Positions 10,692 through 20,589 of a stretch of DNA of 64,000 nucleotides are shown piece by piece; position 1 is the first letter of the stretch; every line of letters starts with the position of its first letter. Made by a program: the position numbers and the translations under genes. The notes beneath the pieces were generated by a model. It was given only the letters and a program-made list of their open reading frames with translations. It was not told the DNA's origin and made no database searches. The stretch comes from a virus. Lineage: Duplodnaviria; Caudoviricetes. The stretch is taken from the IMG/VR virus record IMGVR_UViG_3300042301_004035; one strand, written 5' to 3'.

Positions 10692-12005
10692 TTATATGTT
10701 AATGGATATTTGAACCTGGATCGAATTAAGTTCGAACGCAGGTGTTAATACGAGGTCTACAATCGCCATGTTATCTGAAGGAACATATGTAACATTGAAG
10801 TCACTCTCCAGCAAGGCACCTTTAACTTGCATCCCGCGTAAGCCTGAAGAAATTGCTGTTTCCATTGAATTTCTTACTTGTATTGTTGATGGTTCGCCAA
10901 TGAACTTTTGACATACTTGACGAACTAGTTGTGAAGCCTCATCTACGATTCTCTTAGTTGAGAGTCTTAGGTAGTCTGAATTTGCTGCCGAGTAAGTTAC
11001 TGCTCCACCGAATACTGCAATCTTATTAAAGTTCAATATAACAGCGTTTACTGCTGCGGCATTCAGGGTTACTTGCTGCACTCTCGTAGGGGCGTAACGA
11101 AGAGCTTGAACATTGTAAAGAGCTTTGTTTGTTAGGCCCGTGTACGATGGTGTTCTACTCATAGTCGCCGCAAGCGATGCTGCTCCGTTTGAATAACCGT
11201 AATCTGTAGTTCCACCAGAAGTTGTTGTAGCGTATCCTACTGGTTTTACTTCTGTAGCTATAATTGAAACATACGAACCAACAGCCTTCATAAGCGCATT
11301 ATTCCTGTCCGCCAAGAGTGCCAAAGAAGAAGACATATGTGATGAAACTTGCGCTGGTGTTAAAGTTTCTCTTGAACTTGCTACGTATGGCGCTATACCC
11401 ATCACTGCAATGCACGGGTTTGTATTTTCGGAAATATCTTTTACTTTACTTGCTACCTTATATGCCCAGTTATTTGCTGTTGTATTGGAGTTGTTTGCGT
11501 GGAAAAGATAATCTTGTGCGTTTGGTGTCGCTCCTGTTGTGGCATCCCAGTCTGATGAATTGCCACCTCTACCCCAAGGTATGATAACATCTGGGATTGC
11601 AGCTTCTGCTGCTGCAAAAGCTGCGTTAAAAATATCTTCGCCATAACTAGCAAATCCTGCGCTAGCGCTTTTTAGTTGTCCATTTGTGTGGTCAAACTGC
11701 GTGTCATAAGGAAGTGGAACAAGGTGAATTCTTTCTGCGCCTGCAGTAATCAATTCCAAAAATGCTTTATGGAGATCTGAACCAACACCAAAAGCGTCAA
11801 TAACATCTTTCTCTGTAGTAGCTTGCACTACGTCAAGGTCAGCAACCTTGTTCATAGCATTATAAGCAGTTGTTTCCGTAGAAGGATCGAACTCATTTTT
11901 GTTTCTTTTGGCTATCGCCACAATTCTTGGTCCCGCTGGGACATCTTGCCTTGAGACGCTGTAGAAGCGATCTCTAATTAATGTTGTTACACCCGGTGTA
12001 GCCAT
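10692..12005 (-). CDS. Tail sheath protein
   Basis: C-terminal sheath signature LSTKRIVDEASQLVRQVCQKFIGEP...FNVTYVPSDNMAIVDLVLTPAFELNSIQVQI. Confidence 0.85.
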   Translation of the reverse strand: MATPGVTTLIRDRFYSVSRQDVPAGPRIVAIAKRNKNEFDPSTETTAYNAMNKVADLDVVQATTEKDVIDAFGVGSDLHKAFLELITAGAERIHLVPLPYDTQFDHTNGQLKSASAGFASYGEDIFNAAFAAAEAAIPDVIIPWGRGGNSSDWDATTGATPNAQDYLFHANNSNTTANNWAYKVASKVKDISENTNPCIAVMGIAPYVASSRETLTPAQVSSHMSSSLALLADRNNALMKAVGSYVSIIATEVKPVGYATTTSGGTTDYGYSNGAASLAATMSRTPSYTGLTNKALYNVQALRYAPTRVQQVTLNAAAVNAVILNFNKIAVFGGAVTYSAANSDYLRLSTKRIVDEASQLVRQVCQKFIGEPSTIQVRNSMETAISSGLRGMQVKGALLESDFNVTYVPSDNMAIVDLVLTPAFELNSIQVQISINI

Positions 12006-12041
12006 GTTATCTTTGAACCTCCGACAGAATAAGTCTTGTGA

Positions 12042-12049
12042 TATAGTAA
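12042..12049 (-). promoter_or_regulatory. Putative late promoter TTACTATA upstream of sheath/tube operon
   Basis: Same motif recurs about 27-44 nt upstream of several structural genes. Confidence 0.55.
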
Positions 12050-12107
12050 CAACTAAGTCATAAAAATAACTATCAATATATTAACTATGGGAATTTTAAT
12101 ACAGGTT

Positions 12108-12878
12108 TTAATGACGTGGAGTAGCAGTATTCTCTAAGTCTATAAGGTTAATGTTTATATCTTCATAATTTGGAGTTGCTGCGGCTAAGAATTCTGGCTC
12201 ATAGGCCATAAACTGTCTTACATCTATAGCTATCTTTTCTATCGTATTAGCTTGTGCTGCAAAGACCTTTTCGGTAGTGAGCATGTAAGTGACCGTTCTT
12301 TTGTGAACGTCCTTAGAATCCCTATTTACTTCTGAATCCGAAAGTCTTCTGGAGTAGACCAATTCTGAAGCCCCTATCTTTTTAAAGATTGGAGTATACT
12401 CCAGCATGAAGTCCTCAAAAGATTCTATTAAAGATTCAACCAAATAAGAGTTGTCCTGGTCATCACAAACAGAATTTGAATCTGGTCCTAATCTTTTTCC
12501 AACTGGAGACATGGCCGTAAATGCAACAACGTTCTGGAATCTTTGACCATAAACGTAAACATTATTATTTGTTATTTGTCTCATTCTAGGTTTAGGTTCA
12601 ACCGAATGAGCTTTTCTTAATTCTAAAGAATACACTATTATTGCATCTGTGGTATCGTATTCTTGAGTTGCTGGGTTAAACCAGGTAAAAGAATTATCCC
12701 CATTTGACGTTGCCTTGATCGGATAGTTCGGAAAGCTTTCTTCCCATAAAGATTTTACAGCTGATATAAATTCCAGGTAACTTAAATTCCCATCAGACTG
12801 GAGTATGTTTGCAAAACGCGATTTATCCATCGCATCTGCCAAGCCAAGCTTTGGCATGCTGATCGGTAATTGTGCCAT
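12108..12878 (-). CDS. Tail completion / terminator-like protein
   Basis: Position between neck and sheath genes; function inferred from synteny only. Confidence 0.4.
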   Translation of the reverse strand: MAQLPISMPKLGLADAMDKSRFANILQSDGNLSYLEFISAVKSLWEESFPNYPIKATSNGDNSFTWFNPATQEYDTTDAIIVYSLELRKAHSVEPKPRMRQITNNNVYVYGQRFQNVVAFTAMSPVGKRLGPDSNSVCDDQDNSYLVESLIESFEDFMLEYTPIFKKIGASELVYSRRLSDSEVNRDSKDVHKRTVTYMLTTEKVFAAQANTIEKIAIDVRQFMAYEPEFLAAATPNYEDININLIDLENTATPRH

Positions 12879-12879
12879 C

Positions 12880-14784
12880 TTAAGCCGCCGGTCCTGCTGA
12901 TAAAGAAAGGTTAATTTTTTTCAAACCTAAAGAAGAAGTTAAATTAATATTTAATATTAATAGACCTTGTTCCTGTTCAGATTGTTCTGCCTTAAATTCA
13001 TAGTCAACAATTGAACCATTCTTCTTTAATGTTGACAACATATTAGTAACACTAGTTACAACCTTGTCATACCCAAATTTTCCTATGTAATCATAGCCGT
13101 ACGCTTTGACTTGGCTAGCTACATATGAAGTTAACCTCATTTGCGGAAGTTTCGAAAACACAGAATTAACATTTGAAAGGGTGTAATCACTGGTCAGGTA
13201 CACTTCATATACATTACCCCTACGTGCTTTAGTGCCTCTATATATTGTGTTTATGCCGATTGAGTCAAGTGTATTTAATTGAGTAGAATTTAGGTCTACA
13301 CCGTACAAAGATAAAGCCCCTGGAATTCTTTTTCTTGTTAAGCCCATATTTAATTGAGACTGGGCTATCATCCCAGCAACAGCTGCTGCAACTGAAGCGG
13401 TGTAGGTGTTGTCTATTTGCAGGTGAGAGAACACAGCCTCCCCATATACTGGCACAACGTATCTTCCTATGTCAGAAGCAATTTGCGTGCTAGAGGTAGT
13501 ATTAATAAATGTAGTATATTTGTATCTAAGATATTTGCTATTTTGAATCAACTCAATATCGGATGAACTTATTCCATTTCCCCTACTGCCTATAACGCCA
13601 ATTTGCACATACCCAGTTTCATTGTGGAAATCATTGCAATAGTGCACGAGTTGTGACAAGAAATCTACTCCACCAGTTTTTATTATAGAAGCTTCTAATG
13701 GAACAATTATATCTATATAGTCTAATTGTTTTATAATACTATATGTTTCAATCAATCTTTCATAATATTTTTCATAGAAAGTTTTAAGAGTTTGTCCATT
13801 AAAAACGGCATAAGCTTTGTTTCTATCTTCTACGCTTAAAACATATTCCGACATCGGGGCTGCCGCGCATATGAATATGTTTCTTGCGCCTGCGCCATAT
13901 GCATCTAATACGCCCCTAAGTAAAGGGCTGTTCTTGTTCCCAGATAAAAGATCTATTGCGTTTTGTACTGAGTTTATTTTTACTGGATTATTTAATTCTA
14001 GCCCATCTGCGTGGCCTATTAATAATATAGACTGCATATTAGTTTGGCTCAGGTCATCATAAGACGGTTTGTAAGTTATTGTTGCAGATTTATTCCCTTG
14101 ACCAACACCTGAGACTAAATCGTATAAAGTATCTTTTAGTTCAAATTGAACCGTTGAACTCAATAAATTTCCGTCGATGTAAGTTCTAGCTACAATAGTG
14201 TAAATGCCGCTGAATAAAGAATTTTGTGCTTCTATATTTTCTGGAATTCTATAATTAAAAACAAACTCAGTTGTTCCATTTCTCTCTATGTAGGCGTCAG
14301 GGCTTGTCGTGGAATTTGTATATCTATAAGATATAGGAACTCCTATAATTGCCCCTGATTGGTCAAGGCCCCTATAAACACTAACTGTAACGTCTGAACC
14401 ATTTGCTATTGGATCGTAGGATAAACCGCCATTTAATAAGGCGGAAGTAACAGACGCTGTTCCAGAAGAAACAACAACGCTGACATTTGATTCTACTGTT
14501 CTATAACTAAATGTATTATTAGTTACCTCTTCTATTGTATGTAATCCATTAAATACTGAATCTACTCCAGCAATTGTAACTGCTTGTCCAACTTGAAAAC
14601 CGTGGTTAACAACTGTAGTTATTGTTGCTTTGTTGTTTAATATTTGTTTAAATGAAATATTTTTAGAATTAGTTGATGTAGTTGAAGTCGACCTAGCATC
14701 ACCGACAAATGTAAATCTAAATTTTAATCGTTGATTTTTTTTTACTATTAACACCTTAAACCTGTTTTTCTCTAGTTGCTCCAA
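12880..14784 (-). CDS. Second sheath-like protein with N-terminal beta-rich extension
   Basis: C-terminal half parallels the sheath (SLLRGVLDAYGAGARNIF; LPQMRLTSYVASQVKAYGYDYIGK; LLILNINLTSSLGLKKINLSL); true start may be GTG a few codons in. Confidence 0.6.
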   Translation of the reverse strand: MEQLEKNRFKVLIVKKNQRLKFRFTFVGDARSTSTTSTNSKNISFKQILNNKATITTVVNHGFQVGQAVTIAGVDSVFNGLHTIEEVTNNTFSYRTVESNVSVVVSSGTASVTSALLNGGLSYDPIANGSDVTVSVYRGLDQSGAIIGVPISYRYTNSTTSPDAYIERNGTTEFVFNYRIPENIEAQNSLFSGIYTIVARTYIDGNLLSSTVQFELKDTLYDLVSGVGQGNKSATITYKPSYDDLSQTNMQSILLIGHADGLELNNPVKINSVQNAIDLLSGNKNSPLLRGVLDAYGAGARNIFICAAAPMSEYVLSVEDRNKAYAVFNGQTLKTFYEKYYERLIETYSIIKQLDYIDIIVPLEASIIKTGGVDFLSQLVHYCNDFHNETGYVQIGVIGSRGNGISSSDIELIQNSKYLRYKYTTFINTTSSTQIASDIGRYVVPVYGEAVFSHLQIDNTYTASVAAAVAGMIAQSQLNMGLTRKRIPGALSLYGVDLNSTQLNTLDSIGINTIYRGTKARRGNVYEVYLTSDYTLSNVNSVFSKLPQMRLTSYVASQVKAYGYDYIGKFGYDKVVTSVTNMLSTLKKNGSIVDYEFKAEQSEQEQGLLILNINLTSSLGLKKINLSLSAGPAA

Positions 14785-15130
14785 CTGTCCAGTAAACTAT
14801 TTTTCCGCCCTTGCCTCTTATCGGAGCACTTGTATCTATCACATATATAGTGTGTTTGTTCGCAGCGTTGGGAATCATCTCGTAAATTCTATCACCCTCC
14901 CCTGGATTAACGGAGCCTTCAAAGTAATAAACTACATCAGAATTAACGACTATCCCCTCGTCTTCTTCGCTAGCTGATTTGGCTTCAAATCTTCCTTTTG
15001 GGAAAACGCTTCTCGTGGTTACTTGCTGAAGGTTATCTTCGTAATTGCCATTAGCTTTTTTTCTTTGTATAAAAACATCATAGCCCCATTTTTTTAAAAT
15101 GTTCATAAATGATTTTTCAAGATTAATCAT
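14756..15130 (-). CDS. Head closure / head-tail joining protein (putative)
   Basis: 124 aa beta-rich protein (YYFEGSVNPGEGDRIYE) in neck position. Confidence 0.45.
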   Translation of the reverse strand: MINLEKSFMNILKKWGYDVFIQRKKANGNYEDNLQQVTTRSVFPKGRFEAKSASEEDEGIVVNSDVVYYFEGSVNPGEGDRIYEMIPNAANKHTIYVIDTSAPIRGKGGKIVYWTVGATREKQV

Positions 15131-16022
15131 AATTATGCAAACCCCTCTTAGGGATAGGGTCGTAAGATAGCTCCCTAGATCTACTCGTCCCGTAAAGATC
15201 TCTGTCTGTCAAATAAGTATTTCTTCCTGTATCTGGATCTATATAATTCCCAGCATTTATAACTGGCATTGTAGGTAGTCCCTTTGGCTGGAAGCCTCTA
15301 GCTCCAGTTATGCCAGCTAACATTTCTTTTCTCAATGCTGCTGCAATCTGGCACCACGTGACAGCATTGCCCCTGCTTATGTTTGTCCTTGGGAGATTTC
15401 TTGCTGTGACGGTTAGGTCCCCCAATTGCACAGAGACGTCATCGTCGCCGCCATAACTATATGTCCTACTGAGGTCACAAGCTGTAGCCGCTTTTATATA
15501 TTCTAAGCTAGTATAGTTTATTCCAGATGCTGGATTAGAATCATTAAATCCATAAATATCTCTGACCTCCATTGAATGATAATGAATTATTTCCCCAATT
15601 TCAAGCAAAGATGCTTCCGGGAAATAGGCTTGCATTTCTTCTGGGTTTAAATAAATCGGATCAACGTCTGCTGCAAACATAATTATCTCATCTGCTTTTA
15701 GCGTTATAATTGGCTTATAGGTATCGGTTGACGTACTTACATAAAGCTGCTGGTTAACTGTTATTGAAGTTCCACCGGGTATATTGCCTACGAAAACTAT
15801 TTTATACGTGTCAGCAACCGTGGGGGTAAAATCGTAATAGTATTCTGAGCTAGTAAGAGCAGTCGCAGTAGTCGAAACAATTTGAGTATTATCTGATTTA
15901 TAAACAGTGACCAAAACAGAGGTAGGACTGACTAGTATTTGTGCCCCAGTAACATTGTTTACGTCAACAAACTTTACTTTTATTCTTACTTGATCATTTA
16001 CCAATACGGTGTCAGTTAACAT
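15123..16022 (-). CDS. Head-tail adaptor-like protein with N-terminal Ig-like domain
   Basis: Beta-sandwich-like N-terminus (YYYDFTPTVADTYKIVF); helical C-terminus with SVQLGDLTV motif. Confidence 0.45.
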   Translation of the reverse strand: MLTDTVLVNDQVRIKVKFVDVNNVTGAQILVSPTSVLVTVYKSDNTQIVSTTATALTSSEYYYDFTPTVADTYKIVFVGNIPGGTSITVNQQLYVSTSTDTYKPIITLKADEIIMFAADVDPIYLNPEEMQAYFPEASLLEIGEIIHYHSMEVRDIYGFNDSNPASGINYTSLEYIKAATACDLSRTYSYGGDDDVSVQLGDLTVTARNLPRTNISRGNAVTWCQIAAALRKEMLAGITGARGFQPKGLPTMPVINAGNYIDPDTGRNTYLTDRDLYGTSRSRELSYDPIPKRGLHNYD

Positions 16023-16050
16023 GGGAGCTCCAAAAGAAATTAATATTTAA

Positions 16051-16058
16051 TATAGTAA
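16051..16058 (-). promoter_or_regulatory. Putative late promoter TTACTATA
   Basis: About 30 nt upstream of the ATG at 16022. Confidence 0.55.
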
Positions 16059-16064
16059 TTATAC

Positions 16065-16352
16065 TTATCCTATTATGGATATTTGCCCACTTACACCAAC
16101 TGATATAACTTGGGCTGAAGATATAGCGCTTACGTCTTTGTCCAAAACCTCTACAGAAACAATTCCTTGAGGGTTTATGTCTATGCTTAAAACGCCAATT
16201 GTTGTTAAATTTGAATAATCTTCGTTCGAAGCATAAAATATTGTTATATTATTTAATACAATTGGGTTTATTAGGCTATCTGCATAAATTATTAAAATAC
16301 CATCATAAGACACATTAGGACTATTGTAGGCTATTTCTTCTCCGTATTTCAT
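16065..16352 (-). CDS. Hypothetical protein
   Basis: ORF fills the gap and is coupled to the upstream ORF (ATGA overlap). Confidence 0.6.
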   Translation of the reverse strand: MKYGEEIAYNSPNVSYDGILIIYADSLINPIVLNNITIFYASNEDYSNLTTIGVLSIDINPQGIVSVEVLDKDVSAISSAQVISVGVSGQISIIG

Positions 16353-16498
16353 GATTTAAATTGCTTTTCCCTCTTTGCTTGCTTGGTCCCGTCTTGTGGT
16401 ATCCACTGATGCAAAGTCAACCAATCTAAAGTTGAATATTTTTCAATGTTTAAAGTTTTGTCTAAAATGGGCATACTCTCATTTTTGTTTTCTACCAT
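16349..16498 (-). CDS. Small hypothetical protein (MVENKNESMP..., 49 aa)
   Basis: GGTGG RBS before ATG 16498; the TTG start at 16534 in the track is probably an extension. Confidence 0.4.
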   Translation of the reverse strand: MVENKNESMPILDKTLNIEKYSTLDWLTLHQWIPQDGTKQAKREKQFKS

Positions 16499-16620
16499 TA
16501 AGACCACCACCCGGTTTATAGGACATAAGATCAAGCTACTGGTTCGTATGCGCTCACTGCGTGAATGAATACAACCCTATTAGCAATTAAATCAAATAGT
16601 AACAATCAAAATTTAAAACT

Positions 16621-17496
16621 TCATCCCTGGGTTAAGGCTCCAACTAATCGCAATACCTCAGCAGCGTTTTGATTGTTAGCATAATCTTTAGACGCTAAAT
16701 TAGCTAAATCTTCTCTCAAGAATGGTAAATATAAATTTGCCATTCTGGTAGCTATATCGGTTGACTCTAATGGATTATATATCTTTTCTCTAAGCTTTTC
16801 ATTTGCGCTACCATGGCCATACCAACCGAGGTAGCTATACCTAACTCCGCTTTCTACGGGCAACACTTGATGAGTAGCTATATAATTGCTTGGGAACATC
16901 AATATATCACCTTTTTTAGGCTTATATTTTATATTTAAATAATTAAAATAATGCTCTCCACCAATATAGTCATCGTTCACATACACTACAGAACCAACTA
17001 CATTCTTCGCAGCGAACTGCATTTGCGGTTCTTCTAGACCAAAGATGTAATCACAACTATTATCGGAATGTGGGCCCAAGTATGACCCGGGACCATAGGA
17101 TACAACATGCCCCTTGGATCTCCACCATATACACTTAAATAACATAGGGTATTCCATTATATACTGCAGTAAACACTTATACTTTATATCTTCGATAAAA
17201 GCTAACAAAACAATTGATTCAAGAGATTTATCTTCATGTATCTCTACGCTTCTAAAGGGCATTTCGTTGACGGTTTTTTCGTTAAAATAATAACCACTTC
17301 TATTTATATAGCAGGGCGCGCCAGTATCGGGGTTGATTGATGGTTTGTACATGTTTTCTTTTTCCCTCAATATATGGCCGCTAGCCCATTCGACAAAGTA
17401 GTCCCAATCTACGTCCAAGACTTGTTCAAAAAGTAATATTCCGTCACCCAACTTTTTTGGAGATACTTTTTTGTAATTAAACTTTTCTTTCAACAT
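16621..17496 (-). CDS. 2OG-Fe(II) oxygenase (prolyl 4-hydroxylase-like)
   Basis: HSD...YVNDDYIGGE...FPSN...HQVLPVESGVRYS facial-triad motif. Confidence 0.9.
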   Translation of the reverse strand: MLKEKFNYKKVSPKKLGDGILLFEQVLDVDWDYFVEWASGHILREKENMYKPSINPDTGAPCYINRSGYYFNEKTVNEMPFRSVEIHEDKSLESIVLLAFIEDIKYKCLLQYIMEYPMLFKCIWWRSKGHVVSYGPGSYLGPHSDNSCDYIFGLEEPQMQFAAKNVVGSVVYVNDDYIGGEHYFNYLNIKYKPKKGDILMFPSNYIATHQVLPVESGVRYSYLGWYGHGSANEKLREKIYNPLESTDIATRMANLYLPFLREDLANLASKDYANNQNAAEVLRLVGALTQG

Positions 17497-17530
17497 TACG
17501 ATGCCATCCTGACTGTATGCGATACGCCTA

Positions 17531-17539
17531 ATTATATCA
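17531..17539 (-). promoter_or_regulatory. Extended -10 promoter TGATATAAT
   Basis: TGn-TATAAT 35 nt upstream of the oxygenase start. Confidence 0.5.
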
Positions 17540-17986
17540 CAAACATTTAAGTTGAGTTTTCTTTAAGTAGTCATAATTTTCTTTTTTTATATATTTTGAA
17601 AAGAAAAATAAATTGGCAGTAAACACTTCCGGCGATAAAACTTTATCGACATTATATTGAGGCTTCCACCTCACCGCATTGTGAAATTTATCGAGCAAAT
17701 ATATGGTGCCCCTACCATAAGCCCCCTGCTTTACCTTACGGTCTATGGGATTAATCCTATAAATATAATATGAATTACCATTATCTATACCATCTAAAAA
17801 GCCATTATCAGAATCTATATTCAAGATTCTTTTATCCATTTTATATAAAAGAGATTTTATAGCCAATGAAGAAAAATTTTCTACGTTTACAATAAGCTCG
17901 ATACTTCCGCTAATGTGGAGAGAGTTATTGCTGGTGGTGCAGTATGAATAGCTGTTTAGCTTTGGTTCTAGAAAAAACGTATCCAT
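17537..17986 (-). CDS. Hypothetical protein
   Basis: 149-aa ORF; CATAAT lies 6 nt before the ATG (leaderless-type). Confidence 0.65.
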   Translation of the reverse strand: MDTFFLEPKLNSYSYCTTSNNSLHISGSIELIVNVENFSSLAIKSLLYKMDKRILNIDSDNGFLDGIDNGNSYYIYRINPIDRKVKQGAYGRGTIYLLDKFHNAVRWKPQYNVDKVLSPEVFTANLFFFSKYIKKENYDYLKKTQLKCL

Positions 17987-18001
17987 ATTTATATTATGAT
18001 A

Positions 18002-18673
18002 TTAGATTATCCCTAATATCATATCGTATAACTTATCTAATTCATTTAATTTTAAAGTAAAATTATTTAGAATGTATTGCTCAATAGTGTCATTGGCCGT
18101 AGAATTATGACCCGGTATATTAATTAATTTATTCTCAAATTTATAATTACTAATATTTTCTATATTAAATTTTTTTCTAATGTCTTCCATCAAATTGTGG
18201 GAGCTATAAAGCAAAGTATCAAATGTGGCAATAAAAAAATTATTCTTATATTTATCCTTCGCATTTAAAATATATCGAAAGTATTCCAAATGGGTGTCTA
18301 GGATGTGATCTATTGTTTCTTTGAAAATCATAGAACGTATATAAGCGTCCAAAGTCTTTTCATCTTTATATATATGTTCAATGTTATCTTTTTTATTCTG
18401 ATAAGACACCAATGAAGATGCTGTCCCCAAGCTTCTTCTTAAAGTAACTACGCAGGGGATACCTTTTGACAGGCTTCTTTCAATATTGGATACTTCATGA
18501 GTTAAGGCTCTATTTATAGAGATGGTAGGAAAAGTTTCCAATAAAAGTTTTCTAAGGCTATTATTGCCTTGGCGCTGAAAACCGTCAACGCAAAAAAGAT
18601 GTGTACTTTTACTACTTATCGGTCTGGTAAAATTCAATAAATTATAATAACTTCTTATATCTACTGTGTCCAT
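18002..18673 (-). CDS. Sulfotransferase-like (P-loop) protein
   Basis: CVDGFQRQGNNSL resembles the 5'-PSB GxPRSGN loop; VTLRRSLGTASS resembles the 3'-PB RxPxDxxxS motif. Confidence 0.55.
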   Translation of the reverse strand: MDTVDIRSYYNLLNFTRPISSKSTHLFCVDGFQRQGNNSLRKLLLETFPTISINRALTHEVSNIERSLSKGIPCVVTLRRSLGTASSLVSYQNKKDNIEHIYKDEKTLDAYIRSMIFKETIDHILDTHLEYFRYILNAKDKYKNNFFIATFDTLLYSSHNLMEDIRKKFNIENISNYKFENKLINIPGHNSTANDTIEQYILNNFTLKLNELDKLYDMILGII

Positions 18674-18726
18674 GTAAGACCAAATTCTAACTCATCCATA
18701 GATTACCAAATCTACAACACAAAGAC

Positions 18727-19524
18727 TTAGTCTTTGATTATTACAGTAGTCCCCTGAAGAGATGGAATATGATAAAAGCATATATTATCAATTTTTCTAA
18801 GATTTTCATGCATTATATAATATGGTGACATCAAATGCATATTCAAGACTTTTGCAGAAAGTGAATTTGACACCCCATATGTAGTCATCATATCACCACT
18901 GGTACCAAGAATTATTGTTCCGCCGCTTGCCATAGAATCTACTAATTTAAGAAAAATATCATCATCAAAATAACTGACTAATACTTCCGCGGATGTTAAG
19001 ATTAGATCTAAATCTTTCGGACCTTCTCCATTTGCTATATCTATCAAGTTTACAACATCAAAAGCTGTTTCCTCTTCATCATAAAACTCTTCTAGTCTAT
19101 TTAGCCAGAAGTCATTAGATACAAAAACATTTTCTCCACAGAAAGTAGATAAGAAATTACTCTTAGTATCTACTCCGCTACCAATCAATAGCGTCCTGTT
19201 TGGTTTTATCATTCTAACTAACATTTCGTTTATTACATGATTATACAACAACCCATTTGTGAGTATCGGCATTTTTGCAACTAGTAATTCAGGCCTTCGG
19301 ATTTCTCCGTACCCATAATTGGTCGACTTTACAGATCTATCCATGCCAAGGGAGATTTCATTCTCCACAATTTTAGCATTAATTAATGCTTGTTCTTGAA
19401 TTGATAAAGCGTCTACTAACTTTGTTTTAGAAAGATTATGTGACCCTTTTGCAATATCAACCCAGGTTGGGGCGACCCATTTGCCATGTGCAAAATTCGT
19501 GATTCTGTTTTGTTCTTCTAACAT
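18727..19524 (-). CDS. Class I SAM-dependent methyltransferase-like protein
   Basis: TLLIGSG motif-I-like, DLDLILT, LVDSMASGGTIIL; degenerate. Confidence 0.4.
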   Translation of the reverse strand: MLEEQNRITNFAHGKWVAPTWVDIAKGSHNLSKTKLVDALSIQEQALINAKIVENEISLGMDRSVKSTNYGYGEIRRPELLVAKMPILTNGLLYNHVINEMLVRMIKPNRTLLIGSGVDTKSNFLSTFCGENVFVSNDFWLNRLEEFYDEEETAFDVVNLIDIANGEGPKDLDLILTSAEVLVSYFDDDIFLKLVDSMASGGTIILGTSGDMMTTYGVSNSLSAKVLNMHLMSPYYIMHENLRKIDNICFYHIPSLQGTTVIIKD

Positions 19525-19803
19525 TTAGATACCCGATTCGTTTATTTTTGCTGCATAAAGCTTATAATTGTATAAATTATTAATTATTTTCATAATTAAT
19601 ACTTTTCTTAATCTTTGAGTTTCTGGTTCGATAAAATCCTGAGACATAATTCTATCTTGATATGGATATATTTCATTAACTTTTTCTATAAATACATCTA
19701 TTTCTATGCTAGCATAATCTTGTTCTGCTAGTCCTATTTCTAGACATATCTTATCTAATCTCGATTTTAGATAAGATGTATATTCTGTAGGGTTAAATTT
19801 CAT
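19525..19803 (-). CDS. Small acidic helical hypothetical protein
   Basis: 92 aa with RBS; one of a run of similar small ORFs. Confidence 0.6.
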   Translation of the reverse strand: MKFNPTEYTSYLKSRLDKICLEIGLAEQDYASIEIDVFIEKVNEIYPYQDRIMSQDFIEPETQRLRKVLIMKIINNLYNYKLYAAKINESGI

Positions 19804-19812
19804 TTTTGACTC

Positions 19813-19986
19813 CTATGACCAAGGATCTGAATATGCTTGGAATAAATATGAATTAAATTCTTCATCAATTGGTATCCTGCCTTGACCTTGTGCTCGATTA
19901 AATTGAGGGCCATCTTTTGCGTAACTTTTTGTAGCACTATTATACCTTAACTGATATAGCGCAGAAAAATTCATAAATTCTGTCAT
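19813..19986 (-). CDS. Small hypothetical protein (57 aa, MTEFMNFSALYQLRYNS...DPWS)
   Basis: Translated by hand; exactly fills the gap between neighbours; below the track cutoff. Confidence 0.6.
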   Translation of the reverse strand: MTEFMNFSALYQLRYNSATKSYAKDGPQFNRAQGQGRIPIDEEFNSYLFQAYSDPWS

Positions 19987-19992
19987 TATTAA

Positions 19993-20226
19993 TTATATCT
20001 CTAATAAATTTTTTAAAATTGCGATATTATTTTCAAGCATCTTGTAAGTTCCTTCTTCATTAGAGCTAGAATATTCATCAGGTAGAATAACACCATTCGT
20101 ATATGCGTCTTCTGGATCGAGACCCAAGATCCTTGCCACTCTATATATATGAAGTTTCTTTTGATGTATAACTTCATCTGTTAAATGCTGCTTTAATTCT
20201 TCTGGGATACTGTCAAAAATTGCCAT
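19993..20226 (-). CDS. Small acidic helical hypothetical protein
   Basis: 77 aa with AAAGGAAA RBS. Confidence 0.65.
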   Translation of the reverse strand: MAIFDSIPEELKQHLTDEVIHQKKLHIYRVARILGLDPEDAYTNGVILPDEYSSSNEEGTYKMLENNIAILKNLLEI

Positions 20227-20256
20227 AATGTATAGGTTTCCTTTTTGCGGGTAGTA

Positions 20257-20508
20257 TTATTCAAGTTCTGCAATTAAAGATAATAAATCTTTATACACTT
20301 CTACAATTTCCTGTAAATCGCGCTCTATGTGAGAAGCTGCGCTATTAGAATCAAAAGTTCCGGCCACCCAGGTGTCTATATCAAAAGAACTGTTAATGCC
20401 CAATTGAGCGGTTAGGGCAAACATTCTATTCGCCATGTATCTTTTAGCCACTTGAAGCTCTTGAAGCTTCTCTTCTGGCGTTAACAGATTAAAAATATCA
20501 GATGCCAT
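20257..20508 (-). CDS. Small acidic helical hypothetical protein
   Basis: 83 aa, AAGGA RBS, TTACTATA motif at 20543-20550. Confidence 0.65.
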   Translation of the reverse strand: MASDIFNLLTPEEKLQELQVAKRYMANRMFALTAQLGINSSFDIDTWVAGTFDSNSAASHIERDLQEIVEVYKDLLSLIAELE

Positions 20509-20589
20509 TTATATTCCTTTTGTTTTGGATTCTTGTAACTTATATAGTAACTACTCAAAGAAAAATGTTATAAAAAATACCTATAAAAT

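Noticed and set aside
16499-16534. In-frame CGG in the TTG-started version of ORF 16349..16534
   Set aside because: Lies upstream of the RBS-supported ATG at 16498, and a +1 shift there meets TAA; probably non-coding, but a caveat to the CGG rule
16535-16600. GGTTCGTAT T-loop-like motif and hairpin suggesting a tRNA
   Set aside because: No cloverleaf, acceptor stem or D-arm; at most a weakly structured leader
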